DNA from: an uncultured Verrucomicrobiae bacterium
Lineage (GTDB): Bacteria > Chlamydiota > Chlamydiia > Chlamydiales > Rhabdochlamydiaceae
Direction: 5' to 3'
DNA: 64,000 bases
Assembly (NCBI GenBank): GCA_963718565.1
Contig: OY970364.1
Span: 1,536,001-1,600,000, forward strand
Position 1 is the first letter of the stretch. Each line of letters starts with the position of its first letter. Both the position numbers and the translations under genes were made by a program. Shown here one piece after another: positions 21,871 through 32,207 of the stretch. The notes under the pieces are model-generated. The model was not told the DNA's origin. It made no database searches and worked only from the letters and a program-made list of their open reading frames with translations.

Positions 21871-22521
21871 TCAGCCTCCTGCTACTGCTCGTTTAATTTG
21901 TTCTTCGCCTTTATTAATCCACACTTTGACACCAATGGAGCCATATGTCGTCTCAGCTCTGCCATGTGCATAATCGATTTCTGCACGTAGAGTCTGTAGG
22001 GGAACTCGGCCTTCTTTGTACCATTCTGTTCTTGCGATCTCAGCTCCGCCAATACGCCCGGAAATCTGAACTTTAACACCTGCTGCGCCTGCATCCATCG
22101 TCGCCTGCATCGACTTTTTCATCACGCGACGAAATGGGACACGCCGTTCGAGTTGTTTCGCAATACCTTCAGCGACGAGCTTTGCATCGAGATCAGGGCG
22201 TTTGATTTCTTCCACTTCGATCCAGATCTCTTTGCCCGTAAGTTTTTTCAATTCTTGTTTGAGGACATCGATTTCTGCGCCTTTTTTCCCAATGACAAGT
22301 CCAGGCCTAGCTGTATGAATCGTCACCTCGACTTTGCCACTCATTCTTTTGATCGTCAGTTGAGCTGTGCCCTGGCAACAAGGTTTCGACATCAGATACT
22401 TTCTAATCACATAATCTTCGCCGAGAAGATTGCCAAATTCTTGCTTGTTGGCGTACCACAGTGAACGCCATCTCTTATTGCAAACTAATCTAAATCCTAT
22501 TGGAGATGTCTTTTGTCCCAT
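21871..22521 (-). CDS. rpsC: 30S protein S3
   Basis: [22 protein letters not shown]. Confidence 0.98.
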   Translation of the reverse strand: MGQKTSPIGFRLVCNKRWRSLWYANKQEFGNLLGEDYVIRKYLMSKPCCQGTAQLTIKRMSGKVEVTIHTARPGLVIGKKGAEIDVLKQELKKLTGKEIWIEVEEIKRPDLDAKLVAEGIAKQLERRVPFRRVMKKSMQATMDAGAAGVKVQISGRIGGAEIARTEWYKEGRVPLQTLRAEIDYAHGRAETTYGSIGVKVWINKGEEQIKRAVAGG

Positions 22522-22533
22522 TTAATCTACCTT

Positions 22534-22869
22534 TTATTCTGCAGCCACGATGATAGTAAAATGGCTTGTTCTTTTCATAATCGGATGGCTTCCACCCCTG
22601 TTTTTAGGTTTTGCCCGTTTCATCGTGGGGCCTGCATCCACTCTAACTTCTTTCACTTTTAAGTCTCTTCGCTGAACATTGAGCTGCGTTTCTGCATTGG
22701 CTACAGCTGTGTCTAATGTCTTACGAAGTAGACGTCCCGCTCTGAGCTTACTGAACATCAATTGAATCGTTGCCTCTTCTACCCCTTTGCCACGAATTAA
22801 GTCTGCAGCAAGTCGCGCTTTTCTGGGGCTGATACGTACAAATCTGGATTTAGCAAGGGCCTTTTGCAT
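22534..22869 (-). CDS. rplV: 50S protein L22
   Basis: RISPRKARL; KRTSH. Confidence 0.97.
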   Translation of the reverse strand: MQKALAKSRFVRISPRKARLAADLIRGKGVEEATIQLMFSKLRAGRLLRKTLDTAVANAETQLNVQRRDLKVKEVRVDAGPTMKRAKPKNRGGSHPIMKRTSHFTIIVAAE

Positions 22870-22874
22870 AGTGT

Positions 22875-23225
22875 TTATCCTTTTGCTTCAGGTGCGGGTT
22901 TAGCAGCAGTTGATGCAGCAGCAGGCGGCCCACCGGCGGCAGCAGCAGCGGCAGCTTCAGCCACTTTCTTAGATCCGTGTCCTTTGAAAATTCTCGTTGG
23001 AGAAAACTCTCCTAAACGATGTCCAACCATGTTCTCGGAAACAAATACACTAATGAATCTTCTTCCATTGTGGACGTCAAAAGTATGGCCGACCATCTCT
23101 GGCAAGATCATAGAGCGCCTTGACCATGTCTTAATTGGATTTTTCTTGCCGCTTTTGTTCATTTTAAACACCTTGTCCATCAGGTGATGGTCTACAAAGG
23201 GACCTTTTCTTAACGACCTTCCCAT
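22875..23225 (-). CDS. rpsS: 30S protein S19 with an Ala/Pro-rich tail
   Basis: [21 protein letters not shown]. Confidence 0.97.
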   Translation of the reverse strand: MGRSLRKGPFVDHHLMDKVFKMNKSGKKNPIKTWSRRSMILPEMVGHTFDVHNGRRFISVFVSENMVGHRLGEFSPTRIFKGHGSKKVAEAAAAAAAGGPPAAASTAAKPAPEAKG

Positions 23226-23236
23226 ACTTACCTTCT

Positions 23237-24076
23237 CTATTTCCTGCGATCTTTTACGATCATTTTGTTAGATTTGCGTTTAGATCGGGTTCGATATCCT
23301 TTTGTGTACATCGCCCAAGGCGTTTGAGGTAGATAGCCATTGTGCTTTCCTTCACCGCCTCCGTGCGGGTGATCGACGGGATTCATCGCTGTACCGCGAA
23401 CTGTCGGCCGGATTCCTTTCCAACGAGATCTCCCTGCTTTTCCTTCCACTCGGAGATTTCTCTCTGGATTCGAAACGGCGCCAAATGTCGCGCGGCAATC
23501 TTCGTTGACCATGCGCACTTCGCCAGATGGCATCTTCAATGTGACGTATCCATCGCTTTTCGCCATTAATTGAGCAGACAGTCCTGCAGAACGAACCAAT
23601 TGTCCGCCGCGCCCTGGATAAAGTTCGATGTTGTGAATGACAGAACCGAGCGGCATAGATTTCATCCGCATGCAGCATCCGATATTGAAGTTGCCTTCAT
23701 CCTCTGTTGCAATCAGATCTCCGACTTTGATGCCCTGCGGTGCCAAAATATAGCGTTTTTCGCCATCCGCATAATTCAGGAGCGCGATAAATGCTGTGCG
23801 ATTCGGGTCGTATTCGACCGATGCCACGCGCGCTGGAATTTTCTCTTTATCTCGTTTGAAATCGACAAGACGATAAAATCTCTTATGGCCTCCCCCTTTA
23901 TGGCGGCATGTGATGTGGCCGTGGTGGTTGCGACCATTAGTCTTCAGTTTTTTGACAAGTAGGGACTTCTCTGGCTTAACAGAAACGCGTCTCTTTTCCC
24001 TGCGAGTCAACTCATTGCGAGTTGTAAGAATGAGATGTCGCTGTCCTGCTGTTGTTGGGCGAAATTGTTTTAGCAT
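23237..24076 (-). CDS. rplB: 50S protein L2
   Basis: [22 protein letters not shown]. Confidence 0.98.
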   Translation of the reverse strand: MLKQFRPTTAGQRHLILTTRNELTRREKRRVSVKPEKSLLVKKLKTNGRNHHGHITCRHKGGGHKRFYRLVDFKRDKEKIPARVASVEYDPNRTAFIALLNYADGEKRYILAPQGIKVGDLIATEDEGNFNIGCCMRMKSMPLGSVIHNIELYPGRGGQLVRSAGLSAQLMAKSDGYVTLKMPSGEVRMVNEDCRATFGAVSNPERNLRVEGKAGRSRWKGIRPTVRGTAMNPVDHPHGGGEGKHNGYLPQTPWAMYTKGYRTRSKRKSNKMIVKDRRK

Positions 24077-24103
24077 AACGCTTTCTTGGCCTCTGTCATT
24101 AAA

Positions 24104-24442
24104 TTAAACTTTCTCTTCAATGCTATCGCCAGCTTCTAATGTGACGATCGCCTTCTTAAAACCAGGCTTCATGCCAGGGCGCCCGCGCATTCTTTTTGCT
24201 TTTGGCTTGGTGTTGATCGTATTCACTGAGACAACTTTGATTTTTTTTTCGCTATAGATTTCTTCAATGGCTTCAGCAATCTCTTGCTTGTTTGCTCTTT
24301 TATCGACAATGAACACATATTTCGGGGTATCGCATTTTTTGACACAAGGATTGCTTGTATTGAACTGCAATTGTTCAAGAACTCGCGACTTTTCCGTAAG
24401 ATGTTTCGATAAGATGATGTCAAATGGGCTTTTTTTCAACAT
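24104..24442 (-). CDS. rplW: 50S protein L23
   Basis: LTEKS; KKAIVTL. Confidence 0.95.
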   Translation of the reverse strand: MLKKSPFDIILSKHLTEKSRVLEQLQFNTSNPCVKKCDTPKYVFIVDKRANKQEIAEAIEEIYSEKKIKVVSVNTINTKPKAKRMRGRPGMKPGFKKAIVTLEAGDSIEEKV

Positions 24443-24444
24443 AA

Positions 24445-25131
24445 TTATTGTTGTCCCCCTATTAAGACTTTAAGCTGATCAAGGGCTGTATCCATCACAA
24501 TGAGATCGTGGCTTACAATAATGTCATAACCGCTGATATTAGGAACAAGCTTGAATTCGCTTTCAGGAATATTGCGGACGCTTTTGGTGAATGTTTCAAA
24601 TTTGTGTGTGGGAGAAGCCCCCTCTTTTCCTTCTTTTACTCCCATAAGAAGAGCATCTCCAAGGAACAAGACCCTTTTGCCTTCAAGAGCCCGATTCTTT
24701 AAAAACTTTGAAACGCTCTTTGTTTTAGGCTCTTTCATCTCTTCAAACTGCAATACATGAAGACGGTTACCCAGAATTTTCTCAATGATGAGGTGGCGTA
24801 TTGCTGCCCTCTTTTCTTTTTTGTTGATTCTAATGTGTTGATCCCATTTTGGTTTCGGCGCGTGAACCCTTCCTCCCCCCTTATATTGAGGAGCTCCGAG
24901 ATATCCTTGTCGCGCTCTCCCTGTGCCTTTTTGAGGATGTGGTTTTTTCCCACTATGGTTTACTTCGGCTCGGCTTTTTGTATTTGCCGACCATTGCCGT
25001 GCATTTTCTCTCAAGGCAATGATGTAGTCTTTGATCATTTGGGAATTGGCACTTGATTTGAGCATGTCGTCTTCGATAGAGATCTGCCCAACTTCATTTC
25101 CGGCCAGGTTATATTTTTTCAATGCAGCCAC
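24445..25131 (-). CDS. rplD: 50S protein L4
   Basis: KKPHPQKGTGRARQG. Confidence 0.97.
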   Translation of the reverse strand: MAALKKYNLAGNEVGQISIEDDMLKSSANSQMIKDYIIALRENARQWSANTKSRAEVNHSGKKPHPQKGTGRARQGYLGAPQYKGGGRVHAPKPKWDQHIRINKKEKRAAIRHLIIEKILGNRLHVLQFEEMKEPKTKSVSKFLKNRALEGKRVLFLGDALLMGVKEGKEGASPTHKFETFTKSVRNIPESEFKLVPNISGYDIIVSHDLIVMDTALDQLKVLIGGQQ

Positions 25132-25146
25132 AGCTCACTCCTCAAT

Positions 25147-25803
25147 CTATTTTTTCTTTTGGCTTTTCTTCTTTGCGGACTTAGTAATGTAGACTGTGCC
25201 GCCACGCGCTCCAGGAATTGCGCCTTGGACGATAATGACTTGCTTTCCTTCATCAATACTAACGACGCGAAGATTCTGGAGAGTCACTTTATCGCTTCCC
25301 ATCCGCCCTGCTTTTTTCTGACCAGGCAAACATCGCCCAGGAGACGTTCTCATTCCACAAGAACCGCCATGCCGATGGAATCCAGAACCGTGAGACGCAG
25401 GACCGCCAGCAAAGTGGTGGCGCTTAATGACGCCCTGATAACCTTTTCCTTTAGAAACACCACTAACGTCGACGTACTCGACATCAGCGAAATAGCCTAC
25501 GCCTACTTCTTGACCGACTTGAAATGCCTCAGTGCTCCCCACTCGAGACTCAGCGCTTTTTGCTCTAGCCTCAACCCCTGCTTTAGCGAAATGACCTCGT
25601 AGGGGTTTCGAGACATTTCTTACTTTAGAAGGTTTAACTTTGAACGCAGAAAGCTGCACGGCTTCATAACCGTCAGTCTCTTTGCGTTTAATTTGAGTGA
25701 TCATATTAGGTTCTGCAGAAATCACAGTGCATACGACGTGATTGCCATTCTCGTCGAAGAGTCGAGTCATCCCTCGTTTCTTTCCCATCAATTTCAATGT
25801 CAT
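25147..25803 (-). CDS. rplC: 50S protein L3
   Basis: GKKRGMT; SKGKGYQGVIKRH; GPASHGS. Confidence 0.98.
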   Translation of the reverse strand: MTLKLMGKKRGMTRLFDENGNHVVCTVISAEPNMITQIKRKETDGYEAVQLSAFKVKPSKVRNVSKPLRGHFAKAGVEARAKSAESRVGSTEAFQVGQEVGVGYFADVEYVDVSGVSKGKGYQGVIKRHHFAGGPASHGSGFHRHGGSCGMRTSPGRCLPGQKKAGRMGSDKVTLQNLRVVSIDEGKQVIIVQGAIPGARGGTVYITKSAKKKSQKKK

Positions 25804-26171
25804 ATGTTTCCCTTTATATACAGATTATCGCTGCGACGAATCTCTTTTGATATGCGAAAGCGCAACTCAAGCCACGCTTGGCACCTTACGATTAAAGAGT
25901 CTATACTGACAGCGACAAGTAGTATACGCGCTCAAGATTGCTTCGTACTTGCTTGTCCTTTACCTAGTGTAATAGGCCAAAACAGAGAGGCTAACAAAAT
26001 TCTCGATTTTCGCACAATCAATTTTTGTACGTGCCTTGGTATTCGCTGCTTTTGTAAAGTAATTTATTGAAATTTACACCCGGGAATTCAGCAGCGCGAT
26101 CACAATGAGAGAAATCAAGAATCCCAAGACTCCAACGATGATGAACCATTCCCGAAAATGCAGTTTTTCAT

Positions 26172-26969
26172 TCATGAAAGAAATCCATTACTGCAGGTTT
26201 TTAGTGGGCAAAGCTCCGGAGCTTTTTCAATATGCCTTTGATAAAAAAATACAGAGATATGGAAAACGCAAGCGGCAATCAGGAGCGCAGACATCAACAT
26301 TGAGCTTACTGCGACACTGGCAGCGATTGTGGCTATGTTCAGCGCGGCCCAAGCAATCATGCTGACATTTCCAATCAACTTCATTAATGACAAACAAAGT
26401 CGTTGTTTATGCTTTTCCTGCTGTTCGGGCGAAGTCTCGTTTAAAATGGCCTCTTTTTCGCTCAGGATATTGTAGATCGACCAGCCGCCTTCTATGATGT
26501 TGATAATCAGCGAGGATCCATAGCCGAGGCCTTTCATCAAGGGAGCATATTGACCCAAGGAAATAATTTTTACGTCGTGGGCCCAATGGACATTATACGC
26601 AGTAGCTCCACCTAGTGAAACGAGATCAATAAAAGCCGTTTTCACTGCCTTGCCGATTTTAGCAAACTTTTCCGAAACTGGATGTTCGATCGTCAATTCT
26701 TGATACAATCCGTAGAGACTAGTTCCTGAAAATAAGGCACATAGCCCCCAAAAACTCGCCCAAACTCCGCCCTCAACTAGATTTCCCGGATCGCTTAAAG
26801 GATGTAAATTGATGCTTTCAATCCCCTTCTTAAAACTCAAGGCGCTTTGGAAAGCCGAATCTTTTACCTGCTCAAAGGCCTTATGCGTTATCTGCTGTAA
26901 AGAATCGAAGGTGGCGGGAATCATCGAAATCGCGTTGAATGGGTGGGTAGAGTTAATCGGTCCAAGCAT
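26172..26969 (-). CDS. Hypothetical membrane protein, tandem array member 4
   Basis: 265 aa; helical; long hydrophobic C-terminal stretch. Confidence 0.8.
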   Translation of the reverse strand: MLGPINSTHPFNAISMIPATFDSLQQITHKAFEQVKDSAFQSALSFKKGIESINLHPLSDPGNLVEGGVWASFWGLCALFSGTSLYGLYQELTIEHPVSEKFAKIGKAVKTAFIDLVSLGGATAYNVHWAHDVKIISLGQYAPLMKGLGYGSSLIINIIEGGWSIYNILSEKEAILNETSPEQQEKHKQRLCLSLMKLIGNVSMIAWAALNIATIAASVAVSSMLMSALLIAACVFHISVFFYQRHIEKAPELCPLKTCSNGFLS

Positions 26970-27068
26970 GATTAAAAGTCTTCAAAAAAATCAGAAAACG
27001 AAGATCGTACCGTGCTTTCAAATTAAATTCGACTCAACAAAAAATGTAACTATTCAGATACCCCCTAC

Positions 27069-27926
27069 TTATGCGGGTAGAGAAAAATATGCCTTATCAG
27101 CACATCTAGAGTCCTTTCCAGTGAGCTTGCTGTGGCAAGCGACTTTGCTAAAAAGAGCAGCGCTGATTGAAATTGTTGAGACAACAAGGCTTACTAAGGG
27201 GTTGACATGTCTACCTAAAAACAGTGCAGCTGCGGAAATGGAATTAGAAATGACTGTTAAAGAATTTGAGCCCAATTTCAGCAGGGTCTTTGTCACTGTT
27301 GGGGAAGAGTTCCATTTCCAATCTGCTAATGACCGATTTTCTCTTTTAAGCTGCGAGCGTAAAGTCCAAGTCGTATCGATGACTTTCATGCTAGATAACC
27401 CAAGGGACAACAGACATTCACTTTTAGCTAAAATGCTGGGGAGCGCTCTTGAAATTCTATTTAAATCTATAATTCGGGTCTTGTCCAAAATTTGAGGCAA
27501 TTTAATTGTCGCAATTGTTGCTGAAAGGAAAGAGAAAAAAAAGTTTTTTATATCTTTGACGATCTTGTCAAGCCTTGCGAATCCTTGGGCACTCCATCTG
27601 CTTTGTAAATGATAACAAGCTTCAAACAGTTTGGCTTGCTTTATAAAAAACTTAGGGATTGCAAAAGTCGATGTTACCTCTTTAATCGAATGGTACCGAT
27701 CTGCAAAGAAAGAGAGCAACTGTGAAGGCAATGGAATATATTCTGTCCAACGGAACAAAGTGCTTATGACTTTGTTGGGAAGGCGAATAAAATCGAGCTG
27801 TTCGCCAAATTTTTTAACGGAACGAAAAAAGCCACCAGCCTTCTCTTTAGAGCCACTTGCAAAAATGCACGCGCTTGAGGTAGAAGAAACCAAATGAACT
27901 CCTTTAATTAAATGAGGGAATTGCAA
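27069..27926 (-). CDS. Hypothetical membrane protein, array member 3 (start uncertain)
   Basis: About 285 aa; same layout; FAIPK resembles LSIPK/TEIPE of neighbours. Confidence 0.75.
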   Translation of the reverse strand: MQFPHLIKGVHLVSSTSSACIFASGSKEKAGGFFRSVKKFGEQLDFIRLPNKVISTLFRWTEYIPLPSQLLSFFADRYHSIKEVTSTFAIPKFFIKQAKLFEACYHLQSRWSAQGFARLDKIVKDIKNFFFSFLSATIATIKLPQILDKTRIIDLNRISRALPSILAKSECLLSLGLSSMKVIDTTWTLRSQLKRENRSLADWKWNSSPTVTKTLLKLGSNSLTVISNSISAAALFLGRHVNPLVSLVVSTISISAALFSKVACHSKLTGKDSRCADKAYFSLPA

Positions 27927-28052
27927 ATTTATAAAATATAAACTGCTACTATCTTACCATAAACCAGATATAAACTTAAACTAAACCACACAGTTGATAA
28001 TAATAAATCATAATATGAAGTTTTTGAAAGGCCTCTTTGAACAATCAAAATC

Positions 28053-28188
28053 TAAGAGGGTGTTTTCAAAATTTGAAAATAGGATATGTTGATCTCATCC
28101 GTCGCGCTCATGTAGCCTTTAAACATATGTCACAGGAAGCTATACGGCGCGCCGTATAATTTGTCAGAAGTTTGAAACCACCCTCTTA
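28053..28188. repeat. Palindromic MITE-like element abutting a stop codon
   Basis: TAAGAGGGTGTTTTCAAA ... TTTGAAACCACCCTCTTA; internal GCGCTCATGTAG/CTATACGGCGCGC stem. Confidence 0.75.
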
Positions 28189-29034
28189 GGTAACGGCAAT
28201 GGGCCGATGTGGAGCTATGGGAGCCTCTACAACAATTTTATTGTAAAAGTGGCTGGCGAGCTTCATGGTGAGCCAAACCGTACTTAAAACAAGGACGGTT
28301 CCGGCGATCATCGGGATGCTTTGTATTGCCATCCCAAAGATAATCCCTGCCAAAGCGATCACTGCCACCCCAACCGATGCAACATCTTTTGCAACAATCA
28401 TCCAAGATAAGCGTTTTTTCTGTTCCAGTTTTGCAGGCTCTTCGCGCAGCTGCGCCTCTGGCGAATGGTATTGTTGAAGTTTGAAATACTCGCTGACAAG
28501 TTCTGCACTATCAGAAATGACAGATGCCACGTTGTTCACACCGTCGATGATGCGCAAATTAAGCGCTTCAAAAATGTGAATTTTGGCGTTATTTAAAAAC
28601 AGCGCAGCTTGAGAAACTGTCCACGTAAGATCGACCGTATCAAGAAAGCTCTTCTTGAAAGCTTGCGCGATCTTTCTTGTCCTTAACAGATCGCTGTAGG
28701 GCAAATCTTGCACTACTAATAAATGAGTGAAGCTGCGACGCAGAGTATTGATATCGGCGATGATCTTGGGGATACTTAATCCGATTCCGGCAGTGCCGGC
28801 AACTTCCTTGACTTTCTCAATGATTGAAAGCCAATTTGGCGCCAATGAAGGAATCATTTTTGCATACGCAAGCATGTGATCAACGACGCGAAAGATATCC
28901 CACGCCCCAACTGCAGAATTCACATAATCAGCGACGTGATCGACATGATCTCTATCGTGCGTTGCTGGTTGTGTTTCTGGAAGAGGGGTAAAAAGGTCGT
29001 AAAAAACTCCAGGTGAATTTGAGACCGATGACAT
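28186..29034 (-). CDS. Hypothetical membrane protein, array member 2
   Basis: 282 aa; S/P-rich N-terminus; bilobed hydrophobic C-terminus. Confidence 0.8.
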   Translation of the reverse strand: MSSVSNSPGVFYDLFTPLPETQPATHDRDHVDHVADYVNSAVGAWDIFRVVDHMLAYAKMIPSLAPNWLSIIEKVKEVAGTAGIGLSIPKIIADINTLRRSFTHLLVVQDLPYSDLLRTRKIAQAFKKSFLDTVDLTWTVSQAALFLNNAKIHIFEALNLRIIDGVNNVASVISDSAELVSEYFKLQQYHSPEAQLREEPAKLEQKKRLSWMIVAKDVASVGVAVIALAGIIFGMAIQSIPMIAGTVLVLSTVWLTMKLASHFYNKIVVEAPIAPHRPIAVT

Positions 29035-29148
29035 AAATTTGACTTAAATTTGAGGGGGAAATTGACATTTCCCCGATTTAAAAACAATGAAGAACTTGGC
29101 TTGCTTTTAAGCAAGTCCTCTTAGAGACGTTCTCTGAAATCTTTGTTC

Positions 29149-29949
29149 CTAATTTCTTTGTCTGACGTGATTCTCTACGACAACAGTAGGATTGAGATTT
29201 TTACCCTTGTGTTCTGGGTCGACTATCCTTTCATAGAAGTAGCTACCGATTGAAAATGTCAAGCCCGATGTCACGCAAGCGACAATCATCCACGGCACTA
29301 TCGGGGTTGTGGTGAGAACGAAGGTCAAGCCGATTACGCCCAAAGCGACATAAGAAATATCGCGAGCGAGGTTGATCAAATAGAGCGTGGTTCTCTTTGG
29401 ATCGATTTTATCCATGCCATTAATATTCTGAATTTGTTCAACGGCGCCGACCCCAGAAGAACCCAGCGTAGCTGCGAAGCTAATTCCTGATACCCACTTT
29501 AGAGTTTCTTTGCCGATAGGGATAAAAAGATTCGCAAAATCAATACTATCGGCTGTAGAGTTAATCAAGCTCATCGCGTCTTTAAAAGCTTTTCGCGATA
29601 CTGCCCCAACTTTTTCCACTGCCCCTGAAGTGAGATCTGAAGCTAATGTCGTCACCGAACCGGCCAAAGTGTGTAGCTTCTCTGGAATTTCTGTAGCGCT
29701 GACGAAGTTTTTAAAATCCCGCAACGTGGAGTTGAGCTTCGCCACGCCAGGCGGAAGGTCGGGAACGGCTTCTGTTACCCAGAACGCTAGGTATGAGCCT
29801 GCTTTAGCAAGATCTTTAACCTTTTCCTTAAAAAATGTGAGGACAAGATCCGTAATGGAATATTCAGCAGATGGAGAAGCCGGAGGCGTATGTGTTGTGG
29901 TCGTTGTCGAAGACACTCCCGACGTTAAAACGCTAGTTGCAGGTGTCAT
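29149..29949 (-). CDS. Hypothetical membrane protein, array member 1
   Basis: 266 aa; S/T/P-rich N-terminus; bilobed hydrophobic C-terminus. Confidence 0.8.
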   Translation of the reverse strand: MTPATSVLTSGVSSTTTTTHTPPASPSAEYSITDLVLTFFKEKVKDLAKAGSYLAFWVTEAVPDLPPGVAKLNSTLRDFKNFVSATEIPEKLHTLAGSVTTLASDLTSGAVEKVGAVSRKAFKDAMSLINSTADSIDFANLFIPIGKETLKWVSGISFAATLGSSGVGAVEQIQNINGMDKIDPKRTTLYLINLARDISYVALGVIGLTFVLTTTPIVPWMIVACVTSGLTFSIGSYFYERIVDPEHKGKNLNPTVVVENHVRQRN

Positions 29950-30035
29950 AAATAGTCCCTCTTCGGTTAAGAATTTTTAAAGGATGCATAATCATATTGC
30001 CCCGTACAATAAAACACAACGGAATGCTTGTTCTT

Positions 30036-30104
30036 GGGTGTAAATAAAAGTGTTGAGGCTAGGCATTATTTCAATGCCTAGCCTCAACACTTTTATTTAC
30101 ACCC
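30036..30104. repeat. Perfect hairpin with a 32-bp stem and 5-nt loop
   Basis: GGGTGTAAATAAAAGTGTTGAGGCTAGGCATT-ATTTC-reverse complement; flanks TTGTTCTT/CTGTTCTT. Confidence 0.9.
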
Positions 30105-30177
30105 CTGTTCTTTTACTCAAAGGGGGGATTAAATTTTAAATTTAACAACGAAGCCTATTTTCAATGAAGACAGTAGG

Positions 30178-30265
30178 GAGGGAATTGCAAAACTAACGCG
30201 AAGCTGATTAGCTAAATAATTTCCCCCAGAAAATCACCCCGTTTTGTTAGTTTTGCAATTCCCTC
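30178..30265. repeat. MITE-like element with 20-bp TIR GAGGGAATTGCAAAACTAAC
   Basis: Perfect IR; shorter relatives near 27914, 31275, 41250, 43280 and 54843. Confidence 0.8.
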
Positions 30266-30276
30266 TATAGATAAGA

Positions 30277-31224
30277 TTATAAACCTGAATTTATAGAAAC
30301 AGGCTGATGAATCCCGCGAATACATTCTTCTGCAGACATCGCTTTTTTTCCCTCCAATTGCACCTCGATCAATCGCAGGGCATCTTGTCCACAGGCAATG
30401 ACCCAGCCACCTTTTCCAAAGCTCAAAATGTCTCCGGGAACTCCTGAGAAGCCCTCTACTACTTTTGCCTTTTTGATTTTCAATCTTTTGGCATCAGACC
30501 CTATTTTAATGTGACACCAAGCAGCCGGAAACGGAGAAAGAGCTCGAATCTGATTATGAATAGATCTTGCTGGCCTTTGCCAGTCGATCCTTTCATCATC
30601 CTGGTTCAACTTGGGAGCAAAAGTTGCGAGAGTGTGATCCTGAGGAGTTTTAACAACTCTGCCTTCCTCTAATTGATGAATCACATCCACGAGTAATGCA
30701 ATGCTTAAATCGCATAGCTTGGCTTCTAATTCTCCAAAAGTCATCTCATCTGAAATGGGAATCGCCTCGATCGCTACTATGTCTCCAGCATCCATTTGCG
30801 GGGACATTTCGATAATGGTAATTCCTGTCTCCTTTTCACCTTCCATCAAGCTGCGTTGGATGGGGGCTGCACCTCGAAATTTTGGGAGAAGGGAAGCATG
30901 GACGTTTATACATCCAAGCCTTGGCATTTCCAAAAGGTTCTTTTTAATGATTTCGCCATAAGCAACAACGACAAAGAGATCTGCATCGAGCAGACTTAAA
31001 AGATGTGCAGATTCAGGAGACGAAGCTTTCTCCGGTTGAAACAGAGGAAGATCGGGTTTCAGTCCAGAGGCTATTTCTTTAACGGGAGGAGGTGAAGGTT
31101 GCAGATGACGGCCTTTAGATCTGTCAGGCCGAGTCACTACTGCCGCGATTTGATAACCTCGTTCGATGAGGCTCGATAAAATTTTCGCTGCAAAGGAGGA
31201 GGTGCCAAAAAAAACGATTTTCAC
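30277..31224 (-). CDS. fmt: Methionyl-tRNA formyltransferase
   Basis: INVHASLLPKFRGAAPIQ; MDAGD. Confidence 0.97.
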   Translation of the reverse strand: MKIVFFGTSSFAAKILSSLIERGYQIAAVVTRPDRSKGRHLQPSPPPVKEIASGLKPDLPLFQPEKASSPESAHLLSLLDADLFVVVAYGEIIKKNLLEMPRLGCINVHASLLPKFRGAAPIQRSLMEGEKETGITIIEMSPQMDAGDIVAIEAIPISDEMTFGELEAKLCDLSIALLVDVIHQLEEGRVVKTPQDHTLATFAPKLNQDDERIDWQRPARSIHNQIRALSPFPAAWCHIKIGSDAKRLKIKKAKVVEGFSGVPGDILSFGKGGWVIACGQDALRLIEVQLEGKKAMSAEECIRGIHQPVSINSGL

Positions 31225-31299
31225 AAAGAAAAATTATTGCAAACCAAGGGTTTTTGTTTATTAGAGACGTTCTCTAGAGGGAATTGCAAAATTCCCTCT

Positions 31300-32157
31300 C
31301 TAGACTTTTTCTTCTAAAAGCTCTTCGAGATCGTCAAAATCTTCTTCAGGAAGTGTTTGGGCAGAGATCCCTTGGAAACCGATCAAGCCTCTTTTCGAGT
31401 TTCGACAAAAATCAATCCAGTGTCTCACATGCGGATTGATTCCGATTTCGCTTTCAATGAGATCGAGAGCTTGCGACAGACGAAGTCCAGAACGATAGGT
31501 GAGCTTGAATGCTTTAGCAAGCGCTCTTCTGACCTCCAAGGGAAAACCATGCCGTTTTAAGCCCACGAGATTTAAACCTCCAAGCTTATAAGGAGCACCC
31601 GCGCCAATTGTATAAGGGGGGACATCATGAGTAATCCGGCTGAAACCCCCAACCATTGAGTATTGACCGATGCGAGAAAACTGATGCACAGGCGTCATGC
31701 CGCCAATAATGGCAAAATCTTCAACAACAACGTGACCTGCTAGCATGGCATTATTCGCCATGATCACACGATTTCCGATTTCACAATTATGGGCGACATG
31801 ACAATAGGCCATGATTAAGCAATTATCTCCAATGCTGACGACAGAGTTTTCATTGCAAGACGAATTGATTGTCACAAATTCGCGAACCTCGCAATTTTTT
31901 CCAATGACGACATATGTCTTTTCACCTTTGAATTTGAGATCTTGTGTTTTAGTACCAATGCTTGCAGAAGGCCATACTATCGTCCCTGCTCCAATCGTTG
32001 TATTCCCATCGATATAGGCATGAGATTTGATAACGACGTGATCCTCAAGCGTCACCGCACCCTTGATCACTGCATAGGCTTCAACAGTGACATTGTTGCC
32101 GATCTTCGCACCGGACTCGATAATTGCCGAAGGATGAATATTTGACTGTTGTGACAT
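31300..32157 (-). CDS. lpxA: UDP-GlcNAc acyltransferase
   Basis: Hexapeptide repeats; QDLKF; MAYCHVAH; GLNLVGLKR. Confidence 0.96.
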   Translation of the reverse strand: MSQQSNIHPSAIIESGAKIGNNVTVEAYAVIKGAVTLEDHVVIKSHAYIDGNTTIGAGTIVWPSASIGTKTQDLKFKGEKTYVVIGKNCEVREFVTINSSCNENSVVSIGDNCLIMAYCHVAHNCEIGNRVIMANNAMLAGHVVVEDFAIIGGMTPVHQFSRIGQYSMVGGFSRITHDVPPYTIGAGAPYKLGGLNLVGLKRHGFPLEVRRALAKAFKLTYRSGLRLSQALDLIESEIGINPHVRHWIDFCRNSKRGLIGFQGISAQTLPEEDFDDLEELLEEKV

Positions 32158-32207
32158 GGATTATCCAATTCTTAAGTGATTATCTTCTGGTTTTTTGTTT
32201 CCGGCAG

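Noticed and set aside
13431..25803. Absence of rpsJ, rpsN, rpmD, adk, infA and rpsD from the ribosomal cluster
   Set aside because: Matches the usual chlamydial arrangement as I recall it
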